DNA from: Felis catus
Lineage: Eukaryota
Length of the DNA stretch: 64,000 bases
Assembly (NCBI RefSeq): GCF_018350175.1
Contig: NC_058368.1
Coordinates: forward strand, 147,066,001-147,130,000
Direction: 5' to 3'
The translations under genes and the position numbers were made by a program. Under the pieces are notes generated by a model, which saw only the letters and a program-made list of their open reading frames with translations, searched no databases and had not been told where the DNA came from. Shown piece by piece: positions 50,228 through 63,235 of this stretch (the first letter of the stretch is position 1; each line of letters starts with the position of its first letter).

Positions 50228-50930
50228 AAGTATTTTTAAATCTTATATGTGACTTTCTTTATAATCACACACATATTTGCATATCTAAATGTAAGTAATA
50301 TTCTTTAAAAATTGTGTATCTCAGAAAGCTCAAACCATTTATCTACAATTTTGTTTATTTTTTTACTTTCAATCTTGTAACCCATACATCACAAAGCACT
50401 AAACATGAGACTAAATGGCTTTCCTTAAGGAGTACATAAATCAAGAGTTGTTCTAAAAATACCTACTAAGCAAAGAAATTTTCCAAGTCATAGCTGGGTT
50501 ATGATAAATAGCACAAGAGCATATATACTGGATGCCTGTTTATTCTTTGGTGGGTATTTATATATTTGGAATGTAGAAGGAGTTTAAAGGATATTAATTC
50601 AAACATATATCTTGAAGCACCTGAGAGATTACGTTACATTGCTATGGATTTTCAGCTGCTGGGATTTTGTTTTACATGAACTAGGCAGCATTTTCTGTCC
50701 TTGTTGGGTTATATCCATAAAAGAACACTAGGAGACCGATTCTGTCCACTGAAGAAGCAGAATTGACAGGGGACCCAACCTCCTGGGAACAGCCTGAGCT
50801 ATGGGCTGTGGAAGCTTCACCTCCTGACAGTGCCTTCCTTGATCTTCTCACAAAGTTCCAACCATTGCTCTGATTCTCCCGGGTCTTGTCACGTCAATAA
50901 ACTCCTGTCACAGACTGACTAGATTCAGCA

Positions 50931-51287
50931 GTTATATTAGTTTGCTAGGCTGCCATAACAAAGTACTACACGCTAGGTGGCTTAAGCAACAGAAATTTAT
51001 TTTCTCACAGTCCTGGAAGCTAGAAGTCTGAGATCAAAGTGTCAGCAGATGGCTGACTTTTCTTCCTGTCTTCAAGTGATCTTCCCTGTGTGTGTGTGTG
51101 TGTGTGTGTGTGTCCTAATCTTCTTATAAGGACACCAGTCATATTTGATTAGGAGTTTCCCATGACTTCATTTCACATTAACTCCATCTTTAGAGAACCT
51201 ATCTCCAAATATAGTCTCATCCTAAGGGTTTGGATCTTAGGCCTTCAAAATGTGAATTTGCAGAGGAACATAATCCAGCCCACAACA
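50931..51287 (-). mobile_element. MaLR solo LTR (MLT1A/B-like) containing a (TG)n tract
   Basis: tattagtttgctagg-ctgccataacaaagtac...cagaaatttattttctcacagtcctggaagc...cttataaggacaccagtcata...cccacaaca. Confidence 0.9.
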
Positions 51288-51303
51288 CTAGTTTTAAAAA
51301 GTT

Positions 51304-51526
51304 GGGGTGGCTGGTTGACTCAGTCGGTTTTGTCTGACTTCGGCTCAGGTCATGATATAAAGGCTCATGCGTTTGAGCCCTGTGTCAGGCTCTGTCCTGA
51401 CAGCTCAGAGCCTGGAGCCTGCTTCAGATTCAGTCTTCCTCTCTCTCTGATTCTCCCCTGCTCGCACATTGTCTGTCTGTCTGTCTCTCTCCCTCAAATA
51501 TAAACATTAAACATTTTTTAAAAAAT
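51304..51526 (+). mobile_element. CanSINE
   Basis: cggctcaggtcatgat...gagcctggagcctgcttcagattc and A tail. Confidence 0.9.
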
Positions 51527-53528
51527 TAATAGTAGTACACTAAACTGACTTCTTAAGATATGAAATATTTTTGACAATATTTTCCAACATCTAATTGGAT
51601 GTTTTTTCATTAAGGAATTTTGCTAAATTAAAGATATTTTGGATAATATATTTACTTTAACAAACTGTATTCTCAGGCAAAGGTCTAAAAATTATTTTGG
51701 AGTTTTGATTTAGTTGGTAATTCTGCCTGTTGACTGCTTATTACCAGCCAAGCTCTAACTAAAGATGGTACAAAAGCCCTTTTAAGAACTTAAAATATTA
51801 CAGAGGAATTTCAGTTATAATTTTAGATTTGCTGGATATATTAGCATAAAACCTCACTAAAGTTTGTTAACATGCTCCCTGAACCATAATGGAGAGAAGC
51901 ATAAAGTAGTATTTGAAAAATACACTTGTTCTTTACATATGGAGAAATCTGTGTTTTCTTTTTCTTATGAAAGAGCTTCTCAGAAAAAACTCATGTAAGA
52001 TTACTGAATGCCTTTCCTACTTAATTAAAAATAAAGTTTTATCTGAAATGGATTAAACACAACTGTTTAATTAAGCCAAAAACCTTTAAGAGGATCTCTC
52101 CAATAAGATCAATTAACATTCTGTTCCATATTGAACATCCTTAGAAAGGCAATTTTTGGTCCACTGACATAACCTTTAAAATATACTTGGCCTTTACAAC
52201 GTACCTTTATGGCATTTCTTTAAGTATCCAAATGGTTAAACAGAAAAATCATGTACTAAGTTTAATGTTAGCTTTCATTTTAAAATTAAAGTTACTCATA
52301 AAATGGAACTAATAAATCTTATTTGACAACTGGTATTTCTGATTAATTTGAGAATTCTGCATGAGAAAATACACTCCCATAGGTGAAAAAGGAGAATCAA
52401 ACCCTAGGTCACGGAAGCGGAACACTGAACAAATAGAAGAGGAATTTGAGTCCACACATTCTTTTTTAGAAACTAAAAAGTTTCAGTCAGAGTTTCTGAA
52501 ATATTTGCTTTAAATTTCTGAGTCCCACAGCTTATGTAGACAGCAAAATTTTATTAATGCCAACAATAATCTGAAAAGAAGGCTGGTATTTTCAAGCACT
52601 CATACAAAATGGCCAAGAAAATTTCAAGAAACAGAAATAAACATATTGAAACATACTTTGACCACTGCTGCTTTGTGATATAGAGACTATTAATGGCATT
52701 TTAAAAGTATGCTCTATACTTTAACAAATATAAATAATACTCCTTGGTGCCCAATATATGCAATTATGCTTCTCCCATCAGAAGTGAAATGTTTTGAGAT
52801 GCGTTCTAAGACAACTAGGTGAGTGGTTGAGAAGATGTCTGAGTGTAACGTTCAACAACGTTCAGGCATGCTCCCCGGGGAAAGCCAGACCATAGGACTT
52901 GTCAGGATCCTCAGGTTTGAACTGTTCCTGGGTCCAAAGGTCATACTTTCAAGTCTTGTGTTTCCACAGCCCTAGCAGGTGTAGCTCATCAAGGAGTTGT
53001 CAAGAGTTTGTCCTTGGTTTTTTTTTACGTAATTTGCTTTTTTGACCCACACAATTCCAGTATAGGCCGCTTCTCTGGAGACAAGGCTCCTAAGTCCTAT
53101 ACCTTCTTTACTACCTGCATATTGCACTGCTTTCCCCTTACCATTTTGGTGATTAATTTCTTTTTATTGCTTTCTTGTTTACTTTTTTGTGTGATTAATT
53201 TCAACTTGATTATTTCCTGATCAAAACACAACTTTACATACGAAAAATCCAATCACTTGACCAATAAGAATTAGTATCTTGTTTCCATCTTTTCCATAAT
53301 TCCTTAATTTTTTTCTTCTGTCTTATTTCAAAATTAAACTAAAGCCTTGAAGACATATATAATTAAAAAATATTAACATATTAGCCAATTGGCATGTAAC
53401 ACCTAGGGACATAAGGTTTGGGGGAAAAAAAAAAGCAAAGAATCCAGTGTGTCCAGAGTTCTGGTATACTTTAGGTGAGGCACCAGTGCCTTACGCACGA
53501 CTGCACTCCCTAATGGATATATTTAGTA

Positions 53529-53826
53529 CAGTAAAACCTTGGTTTGTGAGTATAATACATTCCAGAAACATGCTTGTAATCCAAAGCACTTGTATATCAG
53601 ATGAGATCCGGCGCTTTTAGGGTGGTATGACTACAGACAAAGGCACTTATATATCAAAGCGAATTTCAAGAACCATTGACTCAGTTGTGATCATGTGACA
53701 TTCGGCATCACATACTACTCGTATTGCAAGACATCACTCGTTTATCAAGTTAAAATTTATTAGAAATATTTGCTCATCTAGGGGAATACTCACAGAACAA
53801 GTTACTCACAAGCCAAGGTTTTACTG
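53529..53826. mobile_element. Tc1/mariner (Tigger/pogo-like) MITE
   Basis: 24-bp TIRs cagtaaaaccttggtttgtgagta / tactcacaagccaaggttttactg (1 mismatch); TA TSD at 53527-28 and 53827-28. Confidence 0.92.
53596..53638 (-). pseudogene. 3'-truncated (tailless) 5S rRNA retropseudogene, about nt 1-43
   Basis: The minus strand reads gtctgtagtcataccaccctaaaagcgccggatctcatctgat vs mammalian 5S GTCTACGGCCATACCACCCTGAACGCGCCCGATCTCGTCTGAT; flanking direct repeat aaagcacttgtatatca / aaaggcacttatatatca. Confidence 0.9.
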
Positions 53827-55161
53827 TAATTGGACTCAGAGTTGTACTGGGACTACATTTTAACATGGCAGTCTGACAAAAAGCGTCTATCCTCTTAACC
53901 CCCACAACTATCTTTCTGACACAAGAACAAAGACTCGCTTTTTCTCTGCATAGCCCTCTCGAGGTGGGGGAGCTCTTTGGGGAGGGAAGAGGGGGGCACT
54001 GGCTGGCTTGCAGTCATTCTTAAACCAGCAGAATGCGGAACAAGACTCTGAACCCACTGGAAAGACTCCAGGTTGTGCTGTTGTACACAAAAGCTGTGTG
54101 CAGCTACTGAATGAAATTAGAAGAAATTTGAAAGATAGTTAAAAAGGCTTCAGAATTTAAATTTACTCATTTTTAAAGAGTAATTTGTTATGTATTTTCT
54201 AAATAGTTTAATCAATTTTACTAAAATTAGAAGAGCCGCACATCACAGGTGCATAATTACACTTGCCATTAAACACAAACACAGATGCATGCAACAAAAT
54301 TAGATGCAATCATTTCATTGAGAAAAGAATGGCACTTGTTTCTCATGTCTCATTTTTTATTCAAAAAAAAAAAAAACAACTAAGCTTTGGTTTCTCTCAA
54401 AGACTAACGGGTACGTTTTGTGCAGTTTGTAAAAACATTTTTACCTTTTAGTTAGAAGTGATCAGGTCATTCTAGAAGTAATTGAGAGAAACTATCAGAT
54501 GATAGGCTAGGCTTCCTTCACTGCAGTCATGATAATCATCACCATGTCCTAATCAACTCTACATGGGAGACACTGCAGAAAAGCAGATGTGTCTTCAAAC
54601 CATCTAGGATGGCCCTTGCTGTAATTTTGCCTACTACAGTATGGTATATTCATGTGGAAATAGGGTGAGGGGGTGTCTGTTTATTACTTATGTACTGAGC
54701 AGTATGGTAACAATTTTCATGGATGCCCTCTCATTTCAGCTCCCCAGTGATCCCTTGAGGTAAAGTTGGCCTCATTTTGAAGATGAGGAGACCTGGGGAG
54801 GTGAAGTCATTTGCCCTGCTAATTAAGAATACATACTCTAGCAGCAGACTTAGAATTTGAACCCTGTATTGGGATCTCTTCTGGTATTCCACCTCCTCAC
54901 TGGTCAATAAACCCACAGAAGACAAAGTCTTCTCTGGTTTCGGCCAGACAGGCTTTATCACTGATATCAAGTCCCACTGTGTTCATCCTATAGGCCTAAA
55001 TGAGTGATCCCTCCCAGTACCTGAGCTGGATTCAGGTGATACGGTCATTTATTTTTTACTTTTCTGTGATGTTGTTTTTATCATAGACTATAAGACCATA
55101 CTGATGTTTCTTGAAATGGGCTCATGAAATCAGAATGGATTTCTCAAATCAATATGATCCC

Positions 55162-55209
55162 ACATCAGAATTTTCACTAATATTAACATCAGAATTTTCA
55201 CTAATACTA
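55162..55209 (+). repeat. 24-bp tandem duplication
   Basis: acatcagaattttcactaatatta / acatcagaattttcactaatacta. Confidence 0.9.
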
Positions 55210-55258
55210 GCTGTAGATAAAAATAATTCATTTGAATGTCTATGAAAATAAAGCCTTT

Positions 55259-55459
55259 TGGGGCACTTGGGTGCCCTCTTGGTTTTGGCTCAGGTCACGA
55301 TATCACGATTTCATGTGTTTGAGTTTTGTATCAGGCTCTGCACTGGCAGTGCGGAGCCTGCTTGAGATTCTCTCTCTCCCTCTCCCTCTGCCCCTCCCCC
55401 ACTCGCACTATCTCTGTCTCTTTCCAAATAAACAAACAAATAAATAAATAAGTTAAAGA
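55259..55459 (+). mobile_element. CanSINE with a short internal deletion in the head
   Basis: gggcacttgggtg...ggctcaggtcacgat; TSD aaataaagc(c)ttt. Confidence 0.88.
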
Positions 55460-56019
55460 AATAAAGCTTTTTATTCTACACTTGATGCAATTTTAGGGCA
55501 ATAGGGAGCAAAGTTCATCCTCATGTTGATATGGCTGAATCTCAGCAAAGATCCTGCTGATTAGTTCTTCTTTTTCATGCTGGGATCATAATCTCATTTC
55601 CCATCTTTCCAACTCTTATTATAGAAACTTTTCAGTTTTAATTTTAAATGACAGCTTTTTAACTTTTCTTAGAGGATTAAGAAGTAAAATCACTTACATT
55701 TTAAAAATAATGATGATCCCTTAAAATTAGATTCATTTAATTCATAATAAATATTTATGTGAATACTGCTGAAAATGGGGTCATTCATTGGCACAGCTAT
55801 TCCACTAAATATCCTAAATTTCATTTTACTATTATACTGCCACTTTATTTAAAGTTGTATGCAGAGCCCATATTGGGTAATGCACCTAAAGTTTCATTCA
55901 GATTGTTAGGAATTGAACTTCTTTCATTTTCTCAGATAAACCACATTTATTTTATTTCTAGGACTACATTTATTGTTGTTCCTGAAATATTCGTTTTACT
56001 CTATCTCTTTCCTCCTACT

Positions 56020-56320
56020 TATAGGCACAACTAACTCTTCTTATATTCTAAGACTCTGCTCGAATATCACTTTCTTAGGATTCTTCCCTGAACCCCAGAT
56101 CATATCAGACCTCTACCATATGTTCTAATAGATTTTTCTATTTTTCTACAATACTCATATTTCTTTTCTTTTATTTCTTGTTTATAGCTGTGTTTTTATG
56201 AGCTACAAACTTCTTAAGAGTAGTAACCTTTCTTTCTTTACCTCTTTCTTCTTTACCTCTACATCCCCAGAGTCTGGACTTAGAATTCATCCATAAATAT
56301 CTGTTGAATGAGTGGGTGGT
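56020..56320 (+). mobile_element. L2 LINE 3' end
   Basis: ctcttcttatattctaagactctgctcgaatatcac...ataaatatctgttgaatgagtg. Confidence 0.65.
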
Positions 56321-57984
56321 ACTGAGTAATACTGTAAAAATGTGCAATTTTTTTTGTTAAAAAATCTCACAGGATAACATGATAAAAAATATTGAAATGA
56401 GAACCAATAATCACTCTTCGTGCCATTCCCTCCAAAGTTACCTGAATTGAAATTTCTGGATGATGATGTTAAATACTCAGGAGACCTGTCTCTCCCAGGG
56501 ATGGCAATTAGAAACACAACATGTGGCTCTTGGGGTCAGTCTGTGTAGATTCAATGCATCAAACCTGCACTTCTCACTAGGGAGGATCATTCTGGTTTCT
56601 GTCTGGATCAGTTGGGGTTTTGAAACACTAACCATAGGCATCATACTTTCTCTCTCTGGATACCAGGCACACATCAATTAGATGACAAACCTTTTCACTT
56701 CCACTTGTGTGATGATATTCTATCTACTTCAAAAATTAGAAACCCAGTTCCAGGAAAGGCAGGTCATTTGCCTCAGGGCCTACTATAAGTTAGTGGCACA
56801 GGCAAACAAAAACTACTTCTTTGTATTTTTAAAGGCTAAACTTTCTAAATACCTCATTTCAAGACATTTCTTTAAAGGCCAATACATTATTGCCTAGGCC
56901 AACAACTCTTAGGTAGGGATTTTAGGGAGTCCTGCATTCAGCCTCAATATGGAGGTGATTCTAAAAGCTACTGAGGACTTGAGGGATTCTAGTTTAATGC
57001 AATTGAGAAATCATAAAACTAATGCTGCGAGAGAACATTTCTTATTTTGAGCTGCTTGCGAACTAACCATTTCTCCAATCATATTCACCTTCACCTTTCT
57101 GTTTCTGATATTTAGTCTCTGCTTCAGTAAAATACCACTGTGTTTGCCAGAGAAGGTGACAGGCTTAGCCAAAATTATAAAAGCCTGCTTTCCCAGCTCC
57201 CTTCGCTGAACCCCACCTCATTCTCCAGTAGACCAAATCTGAAGCACCAGCTATCTATGCTACTTCTCTTCTCATCCAACAGATTGCCTCAAGCTTGCCG
57301 TGTATGGTTGTGCACATTGTGTCTCACATGGGGTACCCAGCTGATAGAGTGAAATGGAGCTGAACAGCTTCCTGGGTTTGGTTCACCAAATGCCATGGCC
57401 TTACTGGTGCACTCAGAGGAAGGGGTACTTTGGTGCACATACATCCTGTGAGGAGACAGTGGCCCAAGTTCACTCTTGTTCTGAGAATGTGATGTTCTCT
57501 TGTTCCTTCCCACTGGGCCTTCTCTGTCTCCATGTGTCTGCTCCCAGAATCAGGCCAGCTCTACTAAGCTTTTGCATTACTGAAGCCTGGAACTAGTTCT
57601 GGTTCATGGTTCCTCAGCCGAGGTCCTGCTCGGACACATCTCTCCTGATGAATATTTCTCTTATTAGACTACAAAATTTCCATCAATGGTGTCATAGTCA
57701 CTGTGCCCATTCTCTGCTAATACCTGGGCTATGTTATGTGTGTGTACGTGTGTATGCATGTATTTATTATCACTCACAATTATTTGCCTTATCTTCAAGC
57801 TTTGCTCATCATTCTTTGCTTTCCTACTCATCTGAACTTGCTCAGTCACTTGCTTTGGTGAGCAAGGCTCTGCAACAGCTCTCAGTCTCAAGTCCTCATT
57901 CAGGCATTTGGCACCTCTCTCTGTCTTATGTTTTGAAATAGGACAGAATGACACATACAAATTATAATTTAAAGAGCTTTGTTT

Positions 57985-58211
57985 TGGCTTATTTGGGTGG
58001 CTAAGCCAGTTAAGCATCTGACAATTGGTTTAGGCTCAGGTCACGGTCTCATGGTTTGTGGGATCCAGCCCCGTTTCAGGCTCTGTGCTGATAGCATGGG
58101 CCTGCTTAAGATTCTCTTTCTCCTTCTATCCCTGCCCCTCCCCCATTTGCACTCGATGTCTCTTTCTCCCTCTCCCTCTCTCTCTCAAAATAAATAAATT
58201 AATTTAAAAAA
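57985..58211 (+). mobile_element. CanSINE
   Basis: tgggtggctaagccagttaagcatctgac...; TSD aaagagctt. Confidence 0.88.
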
Positions 58212-58899
58212 AGAGCTTAGTTTTCTCTAAGTCATATCTTAAGAACGATCAAATGCTGGGGGCTATTTTTTTATCTGAGGTTATTTTAAAATCAACTAAA
58301 ATAAAACTGCTTTTGGTGTCTTGATCAAACTAAATGTCTTAATAGGCCTATATGTAACATAACAAATGGCGATTTTGATTCAGAAAGTTAAGAGGGAGTG
58401 GTGGATTATGGTGACTGAGAGGGCATATGTCCCATGTAGGCCATTCAAATTAAAAATTAAAAATTTCCCCAGTGCCATCTGATAAAAACTGGGCTTAATT
58501 GGAATCCAGACCACTGCTATTGGTCTGCAACCTCTGCTGAAACATTCTTTGCAAACTAGCTAACTTTGTGCAGTCATTATTATTAATACTATAAAATGTT
58601 TGCTTTCTCACCCAGTTCCTATCAATTCCATTTCACTGACAAATATTTCCTTTTGGGTGAGGTCCAGAGTAACAGTGTTATAATTATCACCATGTTCATT
58701 CTTCTTATCATTAACTGTTTAATGAGGGTTTACTATGAATAAGGTGTTTTGCGGAATAGTACATCTGTGTTATGTAATTTAAAGCTTAGAATAACTCTAT
58801 AGATAAGTATTTGTGTTCCTATTTTGTATACTCTCCACCCTTTAGTTTCAAGAACAAAAATTTAAAGAACTTGCTGGTTGACTTCCTTTTGGCCTCATG

Positions 58900-59180
58900 G
58901 GACTGCGGTGGTGGTCAGATGAATCTACACGACAGTGACGTATGTCATGCTCCTATGTTGTTTTATAATACAAATCAGGACTCCTTATCTGTTTTTTCCA
59001 CTTCCAAAATCTTCCACTCAGATGAAAGAGGCATCACTTCAGTCCCCACTCATTGACCAAGGTAAGTCCCATGGCAAAGCATGAAGTCATCTGGTGAGAA
59101 GGTTTATTGTCCTCTTTCAGAGGGGAGAACAGCAAGGGAGTAGTAGCAGTTGATCTTTTGAACAATAATATAATCTTCCA
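58900..59180 (-). mobile_element. Old MaLR LTR fragment (MLT1K-like)
   Basis: catcacttc...ccactcattgacc...aagtcccatggc...tttgaacaataatataatcttccac. Confidence 0.5.
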
Positions 59181-60769
59181 CGTTTGATATCTCCAACAGG
59201 TATCATGTGTCACTTGATAATAAGCTAGAATCAGTACCTGGTAGTCTAAAATTTTGTAATTAAATTTCCATGTAAAAAAAGTGATAATTTAACATATTGA
59301 GATGTGGATGTTTTACATTCTTGCCTCATTAATATAATATCCTAACAAGTATGGGGTTCCGATGAGTGAAACTTGAAGGTCTTGGATACAGCTGTCTCCT
59401 AATTAGCATTAATTGGCCAGTTTAATACTTTTGTTCATTTGCCCATTTTCTTTCTGTTTCTATATGCATTGGGTAAAGTGGTAGAAAAATAATAAGTCTG
59501 ATTTATTTTACTTTTACTAGGAAATAGCTGTTACTTCTAATTTATTTTGGACGTATTGAAAGTAGGTAAATTTTTCAAAACTATAAAGGCAATAGTAAGG
59601 ACTAAGATAGATTTCTCTAATATGTTTTGCATTTATTTGATCCATTAAAAAACACCTTGGAAATGAATATATTTATGCTCTATATAAACAGATTTTAGTA
59701 TATTAAAAAAACTCAAAGAATAAAACTTCCTAAAGAGATTCTATACTTTCTATATTTAAATCTGATTAGCATTTTAATTTGTGATATTATTTATAGATAG
59801 AATTTTTCAAGTCTTCTATTTTTCTGTTGAGTTTTCCCACCAAGACCTGAATAATAGGCAGAATACTGTCCTTGTGTCATTGTTTCCGTACACTTCTAGA
59901 ACCAAACAAACAAAACCAATCCCAAAACAATCAGTAAATAGGCTTTTCTAAAACATAAGGACTTTTACACCATGAATTTTTCTTAAATATTTGGCACTCT
60001 CCACTTCTTATTGGTTAGTATGGCTTGGCAGATGCCAAAAATAATTATTATCCATTAATATGAATAGTGAGCTCAAGAAAGAGCAAAGTGGGTTGGGATT
60101 TTCTTCTTCACTTCATGCTTTTAGAGTAGCTTTCTTCATGTGGCAGGAAGGGGCCAGCCTGTTTTCCAGTTTCATATCTGAGGGCAGAGTGGTGGCTCCC
60201 AGGACTTGCTACTCCAAGGTGATTGTAAATATTTGTTTTTTCCTTCATCTCTCCACAAAACAATCTAAATAATCACTTAGTCATGCTTGATTTGCAAGTG
60301 AAGCTTAAGGGAATGTCTTCTATTTCTGCCTCCACCTTTCCTGGACAATTCCAACAAGATGCCTCTTTAAACCCTTTACAAGGAAGTTCTGGACTCTTCT
60401 CTGAGGAATTCAGCTTGTGGGGTGGAATGGTAGCTTCTATTATAATACCTAGTTAGACTGGAAGCTCCCCAAAGGAAATGACTTACCAGAAGAAGGAGAG
60501 ATAGATAGATAAAAGCAATGAACAATCTACTTATTCAGATAGTTAAGTAGAACAATTATGGAAAAATCCAGAAATCTAGGCAACTTTTGGAATATATGAA
60601 GTAAGCTGATTAAAAAAGTAGGATACAAAGTAGCCTATTTCCTCATTTACTTTTGTCTTTTGATTAAATATAATACAGCCAGAGGATGTGGGGTCAAAAT
60701 TACCTCCAGTACTGCTAATTTCTAGAGTTTCTGTTTTAAAATGCTGAGGAAGGGGCAGGAAAGACTGCT

Positions 60770-60990
60770 CAAATGGGGCACTTATCCCATTCCAGGCACA
60801 GTGTAGAATGTTTTATATACGTGATGGCATTTGATCTTCCAACAGCTCTGTGGAGTGGGCATTTACTAAATTTCCCAAATGAATAAAACTGAGGCTCAGG
60901 GGGAAAATACAATTCCCAGTGTCATACAGCTAGTATGTAAGGGATCAAAAGTTGAGTTTAGGTCATAAAAACTGTGTCTTTTTATAATAT
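60770..60990 (-). mobile_element. MIR SINE
   Basis: catttgatcttccaacagctctgtg...taaaactgaggctcag...gtcatacagctagt. Confidence 0.75.
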
Positions 60991-61536
60991 GAATTCATGG
61001 AGCCAAAAAACTTTGAGGATCTTAAATGCCATCTAGTGGCAATTTCTACACACTATAGACACAATATCCCAAATGTCATTAAGAGTCACTCAGGGACATT
61101 CCTGGCAACTTGGATTAATTCTCATGATGGGAAATATCATAGTGAGGTCCTAGGTAGTGAGAGAGACTGACTTCCAGAGTGTATCACCTGGTAGCATGTG
61201 TTAAGCCCAAAGGGTTCTTCTTGTCCCCAGAAATCCATGAAGCACAGAAGAACCAGAATATAGCTGTTGTTGTTGTTGTTTTTAATCCCAGAACAAAATA
61301 GGGATTTGTAATATTGAAGTGGAGGTCAATTTAAGCACATTTACGTGCTCTATTGCACATAAACTATTGGCTCTGCAATGTCTATTCATCTGGAATAGAA
61401 GCACAGAGCAAAACAATTACAGATGAGCAATCTATTAAAACCATTATCTATTGATTAAATCATCACTATATCAGCATCATAACTTAGTTCAAGAAGAGAT
61501 ACCAGGATAAAGAAATCAAATATGATGGAGTAAAAA

Positions 61537-61725
61537 TAGGGTTGCTGGATTCATCAAAAAGTTGCAAGATTTCCAGTTAAATTTGAAGTTCAGATAAACA
61601 ACATTTTGGTGTGTGTATGTATCAGTATGTCCTATGCAATACTTGCAACCCCCTTATACCGAAAAGCTCTTCATCATGTACCTGGAATTCTTAACTAAGC
61701 ATTGAGTATTTTGTTTGGAAAATTT
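61537..61725 (+). mobile_element. MER53-like hAT MITE
   Basis: agggttgctgg...ccagttaaatttgaagttcagataaacaac...gtatgtcctatgcaatac. Confidence 0.7.
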
Positions 61726-61779
61726 AAATAAAAGAAGACAATGTACACAGTTTCACTGGTTACTGGATTATTCTCATTA

Positions 61780-61985
61780 ATAACATAATAAATAAGATTT
61801 TTATCATGATTATGTTAAGCACTTTACCTATATTAACACAATCCTATAAAATAGACACTATTATTCCTGTTTAGAAAATGAGAGTATTGCAATACTAACA
61901 GGTAGAGTCAGAGTCACACAACGAATTAGTGGCAGAGAAGGAGTTTGAACCCAGTTTTGCTATATAGAGTCTATCACTCTAACAG
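61780..61985 (-). mobile_element. MIR SINE
   Basis: cacaatcctat...ctattattcctgttt...gtcacacaacgaattagtggcagag...tttgaacccag. Confidence 0.7.
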
Positions 61986-62399
61986 TTGTGAAATACTATT
62001 TTTTTTGCCAAATATATCAGTTTAAAATTACCTATAAACTGCACATACATTGACAATTTTTGAAAATATTATTCAACAGACTTTCAACATGCATCAAACA
62101 TCTACTTTCAACAAAGCCTCCCCATGAGACAAAAACAGTAAAACTTCATATTCCATCTTCACTGAAATATTTCACTCTCTGCAAGTGGTACTTTAGAAAC
62201 TGGGAGTATCTCACGGTCATTATTAGGAATATTGAAGGACTAATTATTAAAATCCTTGATAATTCAAGTTCCATAGTCTATATACTAGAGCCTTAATACT
62301 AAACATATATATGGTTTAATAATAAATATATATATTTATAATATTTATATAATTTATATACATTATATATAATATAAAAACACACATATGGTTTAATAC

Positions 62400-62402
<3 letters not shown>

Positions 62403-62438
<36 letters not shown>
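62403..62438. repeat. (AT)n microsatellite within a duplicated AT-rich low-complexity patch
   Basis: Read directly. Confidence 0.9.
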
Positions 62439-62441
<3 letters not shown>

Positions 62442-62714
62442 TCATAACAAGAGAACACTAGAGATACAAAACCCAATAGAGGCTCCCCTTTTTTAGATTT
62501 TAGATAAGGTTCTATGTATGCATCTTTATGTACGTTATTTACTATGTAGTTAGGAGAAACTAAAGATTTGTTGTTGGACTCATTTATTTAATAAAAGTCA
62601 GATCAATATAAGCCTGAATTTTTTGATTCTGCATACTGGTACCACGACATTTCCTTAATTTGAAGTATCCTATCAGGATACATCTAATCCTAAACTGCAA
62701 TTAGATTCATATCT

Positions 62715-62939
62715 GGGGTTCCTGGGTGGCTCAGTAGGTTAAGCATCCTACTTTGGCTCAGGTCATGATCTCACGGTTTGTGAGTTTGAGCCCCTGTACC
62801 AGGATTGTGCTGACAGCTCAGAGCCTGGAGTCTGCTCCGGATTCTGTGTCTCCCTGTCTTTCTATTCCTCCCTCACTCACACTCTGTCTCTTTCTCTCTC
62901 TCTCTCAAAAAATAAAGATTTAAAAAAAATTAAAAAAAA
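62715..62939 (+). mobile_element. CanSINE
   Basis: ggggttcctgggtggctcagtaggttaag head; TSD agattcata. Confidence 0.94.
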
Positions 62940-63074
62940 GATTCATACTCAAGTCATTTTCAATTCAAAGTAACTAAGCAAGTTCCATTAAAACGGTTGC
63001 CCCTAGCTAAAAATGTTTGTCAGTCAAGCCATAAATTGCCATTTCTTTTTCTCTCAGACTTTACTTTGTGAAAG

Positions 63075-63235
63075 AATCCCAGAATATATATATTCTAAAA
63101 TACACATTTTCTATGCCCAATCCAGATCTAATAACATCAGAAGCTCTGTGGATGGGATTTGGTAATCTGCATTTTCAGCCAGCCCATGTCAACTGATTTT
63201 GATGTAGGTCTTCAAACCACGCTTTGAGAAAATGA
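63075..63235 (+). mobile_element. MER5B-like hAT MITE
   Basis: ggtaatctgcattttcagcc...gattttgatgtaggtcttcaaaccacgctttgagaaa. Confidence 0.7.
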
